A stretch of DNA of 64,000 nt from Myxococcales bacterium (lineage in GTDB: Bacteria > Myxococcota_A > Polyangia > Polyangiales > DASUME01): the NCBI GenBank assembly GCA_047601445.1, contig JASGJH010000001.1, positions 4,768,001-4,832,000 of the forward strand, given 5' to 3'. A program made the translations under genes and the position numbers. Shown here piece by piece: positions 38,601 through 46,348 of the stretch (position 1 is the first letter of the stretch; each line of letters starts with the position of its first letter). The notes below the pieces were generated by a model. That model was not told where the DNA came from. It did no database searches and saw nothing but the letters and a program-made list of their open reading frames with translations.

Positions 38601-40403
38601 ATGCCGAATCCAGGTCTTCACCTCGCTCGAATCCTCCGTGCGCACTGCCTGGCGAGCTCCATCGCGCTCGCCTGCACGAGCGGGCTCGCAGGCTGCTCCG
38701 ACGACGCCGCGCACGAGTCCGGGCCCACAGACGAAGCGAGCGCACAAATCGGCAAGGGCGGCGGCACGCTGAAGACCAAGGACGTCACGCTGGTGATCCC
38801 CGCTGACGCGCTCGATGGTGACGTCGAGATCACGATCAAGAACAAGGGCTTCACGGCGCCCGCCGATCTCGATGTGAAGCAGGCCTCGGACGTCTTCGAG
38901 TTCGGTCCGTCGGGCACCAAGTTCAAGAAGGATGTGGAGGTTCAGTTCCACACTGACAAGGACGACGCCCAGCAAGCCGTGTACTTCACCAAGGAGAACT
39001 CGACCGAGTTCGAAAAGATCGCCAGCGAGAAGCGCGCAGGAGAGCCGGGCAAGGGACCCGATCTGGTCGCCAAGACCAGCCACTTCAGCGAGGGCTTCGT
39101 GGGGGTCCCGAATGATGCGCTCGACGGCGGCAGTCAGCCCACGCCCACGGGAGATGGCGGCGCGCTGGATGGCGGGGCCGGAGATGCAGCGCCCGACGGT
39201 GGCCCGGCGCCGCAGGTCAAACACGTGGTAGTGCTCAGCAAGGACCGCTTCGGTCTCGCGGTGAATCAGACCTGGGCGGCGTTTCAGGATGCCGATGGGG
39301 CATGGCAGCCGCTCGCTGCGTCGAGCACCGTGGGCATCTACCAGTTCGATGTCACAGGGTCTCGCTACGCGGTCGCCTTCATCTGCGCCAACGCGGCTGC
39401 AACGGCCTCTGCGGGCAGCATCTGGCTCGAGCCGAGCACCACCTCCACGCTCGAGGTCGAGAGTCTGGGTACGGACTGCGATGTCGGAACGGCAGCCGCC
39501 GAGCACTACGATGACGGTACGCTCAACCTCGGCAGCGCCACGGTCTGGCGCTACGGCTCAGCGCTCGAAACGGGCGGCGAGATCGTCCAGACGGGAACGA
39601 CCACCGCGAAGTTCGCTCACTTCGTCCATCAGCAGCCCAATGACCTCTTGCTTGGCTCCGGCACGGGTAACTTGTCGCTCACGCGGCTGCTGTTCGATCG
39701 CGACATCACGCTGAGCGCCGACGCAAGCGGCAGTTATCGCGATATGGTAAAGCAAGGAACCGCCGTGACCGCCAATCTTTCGGCGCAGGCATCCAACGCG
39801 AGCGCGCTGACCACCGTCGACGTGCGCTACACGACCCGCGGCACCGAGGACGGGCTCTGGCTCAACACGGCCGCCACCTTGGGCACCAGCACTCGCTCGG
39901 CCCAGTTCGCGGTCGTTCCGGATGCCATGCGGGTCGCCACGGATCGCTATCTGCTCCTGGCGGACGAACAGGACACCAGCGCCTGGCGCACCGCGAGCGT
40001 GACGGCCTACGCTCCGAACAACCTCGGCGTCGCGCTGCCTGCCGCCTTCCCGGTGACGTTCTCCTCAGCTGCCACGCCCTACTTGCGACCGACCTACGCG
40101 TTCACGCCAACCGCAGACGCCGAGCACTACATCTTCAACATGATCTACCAGGTGCAGCGTTCGTTCTCGCACGACTTCGTGATCACGCTCGCGCCGGGCT
40201 GGCTCGGCGGAGCAACCAACGCCTCCGTGAGCTTCCCCGACTTCTCTCAGGTGACCGGCTTCAATCTAGCGTGGGTGCCCCCTGGCGTGCTTCCGCAGGG
40301 CCAAACCGTGAACCTCGACGGCGCCGTGCAGACCCGCAAGGCGGACGCGGCCAGTACCGTGAGCAGCGTGTCGGGTCAGCGCCAGCAGCTCAAGGGGCCG
40401 TAA
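38601..40403 (+). CDS. Lipoprotein with an N-terminal ZU5-like domain and a beta-rich C-terminus
   Basis: LAGC lipobox; GGTL...LVIPADAL...FEFGPSGTKFKKDV...TSHFS. Confidence 0.7.
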   Translation: MPNPGLHLARILRAHCLASSIALACTSGLAGCSDDAAHESGPTDEASAQIGKGGGTLKTKDVTLVIPADALDGDVEITIKNKGFTAPADLDVKQASDVFEFGPSGTKFKKDVEVQFHTDKDDAQQAVYFTKENSTEFEKIASEKRAGEPGKGPDLVAKTSHFSEGFVGVPNDALDGGSQPTPTGDGGALDGGAGDAAPDGGPAPQVKHVVVLSKDRFGLAVNQTWAAFQDADGAWQPLAASSTVGIYQFDVTGSRYAVAFICANAAATASAGSIWLEPSTTSTLEVESLGTDCDVGTAAAEHYDDGTLNLGSATVWRYGSALETGGEIVQTGTTTAKFAHFVHQQPNDLLLGSGTGNLSLTRLLFDRDITLSADASGSYRDMVKQGTAVTANLSAQASNASALTTVDVRYTTRGTEDGLWLNTAATLGTSTRSAQFAVVPDAMRVATDRYLLLADEQDTSAWRTASVTAYAPNNLGVALPAAFPVTFSSAATPYLRPTYAFTPTADAEHYIFNMIYQVQRSFSHDFVITLAPGWLGGATNASVSFPDFSQVTGFNLAWVPPGVLPQGQTVNLDGAVQTRKADAASTVSSVSGQRQQLKGP

Positions 40404-40427
40404 TCGCCCAGCTCGACAGGGCAGGCC

Positions 40428-41093
40428 TCACCAGGGCAAGCGCTCACCGTTCTGGTGCCAGAAGCCGCCGCTGTCCGGGAGCGTGAGCGCGTCCATGCGC
40501 GCGATGAGCCCCTTGGCCGCCTCGTCGGGCGAGACGTTGCCCGTGTTGCGGGTCATGTCCGTTTGCACGTGCCCCGGGTGCAGGATGGCCACCGCGACGC
40601 CCTGGGGCTTGAGGTCGTGGGCGAGCGATACGCCCGCCATGTTGAGTGCGGCCTTGCTCATGCGGTAGCCGTACATCCCGCCCGAGCTGTTGTCGGCGAT
40701 GGAGCCCATGCGGCTCGTGACGAGGCCCACCTTGGAGCCCTTGCCGAGCCTTGCGCGCAGCGCCGCCACGCAGCGCAACGGGCCGAGCGCATTGATCTCG
40801 AACTGGCGCCGAATGTTGGCTTCGTCGAGCTGCTCCAGGCTCTCGAACGTGAGCACACCCGCGTTGCACAGGAGCCATCCCAGTTGGGTCTCGCCGAGCC
40901 GCCGCGCCAGGTCCGAAAGTCCCCTGGAATCCGTGACATCCACGCCGCTCTCCACGCGCACGCCGAGCCCGTCGAGTGCGGGCGACGAGCTGCGCACGGC
41001 CGCGATGACGTGGTCGCCGCGGTCCTTGAGCCGACGCGCCAGCGCGAGCCCGATACCGCGATTTGCCCCTGTAATGAGAACCGTTTGAGTCAT
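40428..41093 (-). CDS. Short-chain dehydrogenase/reductase, C-factor (CsgA)-like
   Basis: ITGANRGIG, NAG, SRMGS, YRMSK, LHPGHVQTDM. ATG at 41093. Confidence 0.9.
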   Translation of the reverse strand: MTQTVLITGANRGIGLALARRLKDRGDHVIAAVRSSSPALDGLGVRVESGVDVTDSRGLSDLARRLGETQLGWLLCNAGVLTFESLEQLDEANIRRQFEINALGPLRCVAALRARLGKGSKVGLVTSRMGSIADNSSGGMYGYRMSKAALNMAGVSLAHDLKPQGVAVAILHPGHVQTDMTRNTGNVSPDEAAKGLIARMDALTLPDSGGFWHQNGERLPW

Positions 41094-41194
41094 GCGAAAT
41101 AGGCTACCCCTGGCTGGCCGGCGAGGCCACACTGTGCCGCCGAATGGAAGGCCCGGGTGCGCTCGCGCGTATCCTGAGGCTCGGAGGGGATCGA

Positions 41195-42328
41195 ATGACG
41201 CTGCGTCCAACACAGCTCCGGGTCCATGCCCGGAGACACTCGCCTCGAAGTGCCCGCTTCTTGGTCGTCCCGCTTTTGGCCGTGCTGGCGTTGGTCGGCG
41301 TCGCCTGCGGGGATGACGACGCCAAGGGCCCACCCAGCTACGTGGGCAAGCAGACCTCCTCGCTCGTGACCGTGAGCAACGGCGGCAAGCTCGAAGTGGG
41401 CGCGGTGTCGGTGGAGATCCCCAAGACCGCCATCGACGCCGACAAGGAGATCACGGTGAAGGTGGTCTCCAAGAAGGGACTGCCCTCCGAGAAGGAAGTC
41501 GCCATCGACGTCTACGAGTTCGGGCCCGAGACCAAATTCTCCATGCCCGTGAAGATGACGTTCGACCTCAAGGGCGTCTCCGTGGGCAACAAGAAGGCGG
41601 ACATCGCCTACCTCGATGAAGAAAAGGGCGCCTGGGAGAAGCTCACCGACTCCGTCACCAAGGACGGCAAGGTCACGGCCACCACCGACCACTTCAGCCA
41701 GTACACCGTGCTGCTCTCGCCGGGCACCGGCGGCGGGGGTGGCGGCGGCTTCGGCCTCGCCTGTCAGAACACGGGCTTTTCGGCCTGCGGCGGCGACCCC
41801 ACGGGAACCTGGACCTATCAGACGGCCTGCAGCTCGTCGCTGCCCGACGCCGCGGACGGCGGTATCGCGCTCCCCTGCAAGAACCCCGGGAAGTACGAGA
41901 GCGGCATCGAGATCTCCGGCACCATCACCTTCAACGCCGACCACACGTATCAGGTCAACCAGACCACCACCACCACGCTCAACTGGGTGATCCCGCTCAG
42001 CTGCCTCACCGAGGTCAGCCAGCAGATCGGCCAGCCCTACACCTGCGACATGTTCAGCGGCAAGATCGAGGGCGACAACTGCGTCGCGGGAACCGGTGAC
42101 GCCCAGCCCAGCACGCTCGACGACATGGGCACGTTCACGATCGACGGCACGACACTGAAGACGACCAACTACGACGCGGACACGCTGGACTCGGGCATTT
42201 TCGAGGACGCCGGCGTGAGCCCCTACGCGATGGCCGAATTCTGTGTCTCCGGCAATCAGCTGCGTGTGCGCTACGCCGACGACTCCTATCAGCAGGGCTT
42301 GATCACCGAGTTCACGGCGACCAAGTAG
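41195..42328 (+). CDS. Lipoprotein with an N-terminal ZU5-like domain and a Cys-containing C-terminal domain
   Basis: GVAC lipobox; GGKL...VEIPKTAI...YEFGPETKFSMPV...TDHFS; CGGDPTGTW. Confidence 0.7.
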   Translation: MTLRPTQLRVHARRHSPRSARFLVVPLLAVLALVGVACGDDDAKGPPSYVGKQTSSLVTVSNGGKLEVGAVSVEIPKTAIDADKEITVKVVSKKGLPSEKEVAIDVYEFGPETKFSMPVKMTFDLKGVSVGNKKADIAYLDEEKGAWEKLTDSVTKDGKVTATTDHFSQYTVLLSPGTGGGGGGGFGLACQNTGFSACGGDPTGTWTYQTACSSSLPDAADGGIALPCKNPGKYESGIEISGTITFNADHTYQVNQTTTTTLNWVIPLSCLTEVSQQIGQPYTCDMFSGKIEGDNCVAGTGDAQPSTLDDMGTFTIDGTTLKTTNYDADTLDSGIFEDAGVSPYAMAEFCVSGNQLRVRYADDSYQQGLITEFTATK

Positions 42329-42334
42329 GCCTGC

Positions 42335-42910
42335 TCAGAGCACCCGATTCAAGGCCTCGACGCCCCGCGCGATCTTCACCTGGAAGTCGCGCTCATGGGG
42401 TACGTGAACGAAGTGCGGGTGCGCTCCCCAGACCGCGCGCAGCCGTCGGTCGATTTCCACGGCCGTCTCCAGGTCTTCCATGCGCACGTGGTTGCCCTCG
42501 GCGATGGAGAACCCGCCCAGCGCCGCGCTCTCCATGAACAGCACGGCGTCGTAGCGGGCGAGCTCCTGCTCGTGGGTGGTCTCGAGGCAGCGGAAGAAGT
42601 CCTGGTGACCGCTGGGCCAGTAGCCGCCACCGTCGGGGGTGCCGCGGTCACACAGCAGGACCTGGCCAGGCTTGAGGCGCGCCTCGTGGAACGACTCGAG
42701 CTGCTTCTGCACGGCGAAGATGGCTCGCTGCACGGCCTCGCGTTCGCTCGAGCAGGAGACCTGCGGGAAGATGTGGTGGAACATCAAGGTGGCGACCTCG
42801 GGCACCGCCACGAGCTCGGCCGCGCACTCCATGGACAGCGCGCGCCACAGCGTGGTCTTGCCCGCGCCGGGTCCGCCCGTCACTGCGATGCGTCGCGCCG
42901 CTTGCGCCAC
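42335..42910 (-). CDS. P-loop NTPase (NadR/Ttd14-like nucleotide-kinase fold)
   Basis: IAVTGGPGAGKTT, VPEVAT, LCDRG, RYDAV. GTG at 42910 lies just after the upp stop. Confidence 0.8.
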   Translation of the reverse strand: MAQAARRIAVTGGPGAGKTTLWRALSMECAAELVAVPEVATLMFHHIFPQVSCSSEREAVQRAIFAVQKQLESFHEARLKPGQVLLCDRGTPDGGGYWPSGHQDFFRCLETTHEQELARYDAVLFMESAALGGFSIAEGNHVRMEDLETAVEIDRRLRAVWGAHPHFVHVPHERDFQVKIARGVEALNRVL

Positions 42911-42914
42911 ACCT

Positions 42915-43547
42915 TTACTCCGTGCCGTAGAGGCGGTCGCCCACGTCGCCGAGGCCCGGCACGATGAAGCCCCGCGCGTTGAGCGACTCGTCGACTGCAC
43001 AGGTGTAGACAGGCACCTCGGGGTGCTCGTCGTGGAAGTGACGCAAGCCCTCGTGGCAGGCCACCAGGCACACGAAGCGCACCGAACGCGCGCCACTCTC
43101 CTGCACGCGCCGCACCGCGGCCGCCGCCGAGCTTCCGGTGGCCAGCACGGACGAGACCACGATGGCGTCGCGCTCGGTCATGCTGTGCGGCAGCTTCAGG
43201 TAGTACTCCACCGCCGTGCCGAGCTTGGGATCGCGGTACAGGCCGATGTGTCCCACGCGCGCCGAGGGCAGCACGGTGAGCATGCCGTCGAGCACCCCGA
43301 GACCCGCACGCAGGATCGCAACCAGGACGGTCTTCTTGCCGTCGAGCTCCACCCCGTGGGCCGGTCCGAGCGGCGTTTCGATCTCCACGGGACGCGTGGG
43401 GGCGTCGCGCATGACCTCGTAGGCGAGCAACGCGCCGATCTCCTGGGTCAGCGAGCGAAAGCCGCGCGTGCTCAGGTTCTTGTCGCGCAGCAGCGTGAGC
43501 TTGTGCTGGACCAGGGGGTGATAGAGAACGTGAATCTCGCGAGACAT
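42915..43547 (-). CDS. upp: Uracil phosphoribosyltransferase-family protein (altered PRPP motif)
   Basis: HPLVQHKL, IETP, ILRAGLG, HIGLYRD, IVPGLGDVGDRLYGT. ATG at 43547. Confidence 0.9.
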   Translation of the reverse strand: MSREIHVLYHPLVQHKLTLLRDKNLSTRGFRSLTQEIGALLAYEVMRDAPTRPVEIETPLGPAHGVELDGKKTVLVAILRAGLGVLDGMLTVLPSARVGHIGLYRDPKLGTAVEYYLKLPHSMTERDAIVVSSVLATGSSAAAAVRRVQESGARSVRFVCLVACHEGLRHFHDEHPEVPVYTCAVDESLNARGFIVPGLGDVGDRLYGTE

Positions 43548-43591
43548 GATGACTGACCTCGAACCCGTCTTTCGAACGACGGGCAGCTCCA

Positions 43592-44833
43592 TCAAAACAC
43601 GGTACCGTCGCTGAGCACACGAATTGGCGGCCCACCATCGGACCGGCGCCGCGCTGCGAACTCGCGCCCTAGCGCCCAGGTGCCTCCCTCGAGCACGGCC
43701 GCCAGGGGAAGCCGTTCCGCCGGGACCCCGAGCGCGGCGCGCACGAGGGGCGCCACGCGGTCGAGCAAGGCCACCGTGAGCGCGCGCCATTCCACCACCA
43801 GCTCCGAGCCCACCTCGTGCGCCTCGGACAGCACGCCCGGGTGCTTGGGCAGCAACACCCCCGCATCCACGAACAGGCCACCATTGCGGTACTCGGCGAG
43901 CCCCGTGAGCGCATCGAGGTCCACGACCTCGAGACCCGACACGCGCAGCGGATGGAGCAGCGAGTAGCTCAGCCACTGGGACAGCTTGTGGAAGGGCACC
44001 AAGCCCGCCGTGAGCCCCTGCCCGCCTGCGCGAGGATGACGCCACACGTCCCCGAGTGGAACACCACCGAGGCTCAAGCGACCCGGCCAGATGCCGCCGA
44101 GCCCCTCGAGCACGGCGCTCAAGATGGACTCGGCCGGAAGCACGCCCTGGTCGGCTTTGGACCACAGATGATCGACCAGGCCGCCTGGCCGCGCTTGCCC
44201 GGCAAAGATGGGCGAGCTCGAGACCGCCCGGCCGAGCGCTCGCAACAGCGCCACGCGACCGGCCATCCCCACCAGCGGATTGTCCACGCTGACCTGGAAG
44301 GCATCCGCCAACGCGCGCTCGTCCACTGCCGCCAAGCCTGCCGCGTCGACCTCGAAGGGTCGGCCGCGACTCGAGAGTCCACCGCGCTCGAGCCAGACGA
44401 GGCTGGCCACCGCGAGGCCCTCGGAGCGCCCCAACGCAAGACCCGTCTCGGCCTCACGGAAGCGCCAGGCCATCCCCGCACCGGCGTCGAGCAACACGCT
44501 GGCCACCACCACGTCCAGGAGCGCCCGTGCGCGCTCCTTGGGTGCGAGCTCGCCCAGCGCCCGCTCGACGCGAGCCAGCCGCGGCACACCGCCCGCATCG
44601 AAGTGCCCGAAGCGGCTGTGGGCCGGGATCTCGAGAGACGGAAAGCGGCGCCTGGTGAGGTCCGCGGTCTCGCGCGCGACCTCGTCGAGTCGCGCCATGT
44701 CCACGGCGAAGTGCGTGAGCTCCCCGCGCAACCCGGCCTCGAAGATGTTGCCCGTGCGCTCCCGGATCGCCCGTCCTGCGCCGAGCTCGCGCGCGGCGGC
44801 GGCGCCATCCACTGCCACGCCTACCTCACTCAT
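43592..44833 (-). CDS. URC4/Urg3 (DUF1688) family protein
   Basis: HSRFGHF, SVLLDAGAG, RSEGLAVAS, PFHKLSQWLSYSL, LAEYRNGGL, VEWRALTV, LEGGTW, SDGTVF. Confidence 0.92.
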   Translation of the reverse strand: MSEVGVAVDGAAAARELGAGRAIRERTGNIFEAGLRGELTHFAVDMARLDEVARETADLTRRRFPSLEIPAHSRFGHFDAGGVPRLARVERALGELAPKERARALLDVVVASVLLDAGAGMAWRFREAETGLALGRSEGLAVASLVWLERGGLSSRGRPFEVDAAGLAAVDERALADAFQVSVDNPLVGMAGRVALLRALGRAVSSSPIFAGQARPGGLVDHLWSKADQGVLPAESILSAVLEGLGGIWPGRLSLGGVPLGDVWRHPRAGGQGLTAGLVPFHKLSQWLSYSLLHPLRVSGLEVVDLDALTGLAEYRNGGLFVDAGVLLPKHPGVLSEAHEVGSELVVEWRALTVALLDRVAPLVRAALGVPAERLPLAAVLEGGTWALGREFAARRRSDGGPPIRVLSDGTVF

Positions 44834-46181
44834 CGAGCTCGCGTCCCTTCACCTTGGCCAGCATTTCGGGCGGCGGGATGGAGCCCTCGGTGTAGTAACC
44901 GGCCGCGATCTTGGCTTCGATCTCGACGCGCGCGTCGGCGGGCACCAACCCATCCGGAATCTTCACGCGCTGTCCGATGGTGATGCCCGACTTCGTGATG
45001 GCGTCGTACTTCACGTTGCTCATCGAGACGAAGCGGTGGATGTGGCGGATGCCGAGCCAGTGCAGCACGTCCGGCATCAGCTCCTGGAAGCGCACGTCTT
45101 GCACGCCCGCTACGCACTCCGTGCGCGCGAAGTAGGCGTCGGCGCGATCGCCGCCCTCTTGACGCTTGCGCGCGTTGTAGACCAGAAACTTGGTGACCTC
45201 ACCGAGCGCACGGCCTTCCTTGCGCGAGTACGCGATGAGACCGGTGCCACCCTCCTGGGCCTGTCGGATGCACTCCTCGATGGCGTGCGTGAGATAGGGG
45301 CGACAGGTGCAGATGTCCGAGCCGAACACGTCGGATCCGTTGCACTCGTCGTGCACGCGCGCCGTGAGCGGCACCGAGGAGTCGTGAATCTTCTCGATGT
45401 CCCCGAACATGTAGAGCGTCTGACCGCCGATGGGTGGCAAGAACACCTCGAGATCGCCGCGCGTGACGAGCTCCGGATACATGCCCGCGGTCTCTTCGAA
45501 CAGGGTGTGCCGCAGCTCGGTCTCGTCGACGCCGAAGCGCCTGGCCACGCCAGGCAAATACCAGGCAGGCTCGATGGCGGCCTTGGTGACCACGACGTCG
45601 CCCGAAGCGCGCAGCACCCGTCCATCGGGCTTGAGCCGACCGCGCTCGATAGCGCTCTGGATCTCCGGTAGGTGCAAATGCGCCTGCGTGATGGCGATGG
45701 TCGGCTGGATGTTGTAACCGCGACGCAGCTCCTCGCTGAAGACCTCGCTCACCATGTGCCCGTAGGGATCGATGGAGACGATACGCTCGGGATCGGCCCA
45801 GCCAGGGTGCGGACCGATTTGCGTGGTCGGGCGGGTGTTGGTCAGGTCCGCCTGGTGATCCGGGTCGAGCGCCCCGTAGGCCACCGCCAGCGCCCGGTAG
45901 ATGGCATAGGAGCCGGAGTGGGCGCCGATCACGTTTCTATGGTTGGGCTGGGTCAAGGTCGCGATCAGCGGACCGCGTTCCTCTGGTGTGGCGGCTCCCC
46001 AGCGGATGGGCAGGGGGCGAGGACCGTTGTTCCCCGGGTGAGTTAGCAGGCGAATGTGACCGTTTCTTCGGCGTTTCTTCGTCATCTTCTCGCTCGCGCG
46101 GGTCTCGCGCTTGGACCGACCTGTACCAGCCCGGGACGCCCCGCTGACCGTGCGGCGAGCGCGCTCCGGAACTTTGGACAT
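44826..46181 (-). CDS. URC1/Urg1-type GTP cyclohydrolase II-like protein
   Basis: N-terminal extension (RNVIGAHSGSY, IEPAWYLPGVARRF) plus RVHDECNGSDVFGSDICTCRPYL and RKEGRALGEVTK. Alternative start at 46085. Confidence 0.9.
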   Translation of the reverse strand: MSKVPERARRTVSGASRAGTGRSKRETRASEKMTKKRRRNGHIRLLTHPGNNGPRPLPIRWGAATPEERGPLIATLTQPNHRNVIGAHSGSYAIYRALAVAYGALDPDHQADLTNTRPTTQIGPHPGWADPERIVSIDPYGHMVSEVFSEELRRGYNIQPTIAITQAHLHLPEIQSAIERGRLKPDGRVLRASGDVVVTKAAIEPAWYLPGVARRFGVDETELRHTLFEETAGMYPELVTRGDLEVFLPPIGGQTLYMFGDIEKIHDSSVPLTARVHDECNGSDVFGSDICTCRPYLTHAIEECIRQAQEGGTGLIAYSRKEGRALGEVTKFLVYNARKRQEGGDRADAYFARTECVAGVQDVRFQELMPDVLHWLGIRHIHRFVSMSNVKYDAITKSGITIGQRVKIPDGLVPADARVEIEAKIAAGYYTEGSIPPPEMLAKVKGRELDE

Positions 46182-46348
46182 AGTACCGCGCTCAGCGCGC
46201 GGAATCCCGAGTACGAACGGAGCTGAGACGACCTCACGCCGGGTGACACGGTGTTCCAGGACCTACAAGGTCCCACTCGACTGTCTATTCCCAGCGTTGG
46301 GGAGGTTCGGCCAGGGGCCGTTTGTGAGAAGATGGACGTCCTGCTCCG

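Noticed and set aside
40428..41093. Calling the SDR csgA
   Set aside because: Family resemblance only; orthology cannot be established without a phylogeny.
44826..46181. Riboflavin-pathway ribA
   Set aside because: The long N-terminal extension and linkage to DUF1688 and upp indicate the URC1/Urg1 subfamily, and no rib genes are nearby.
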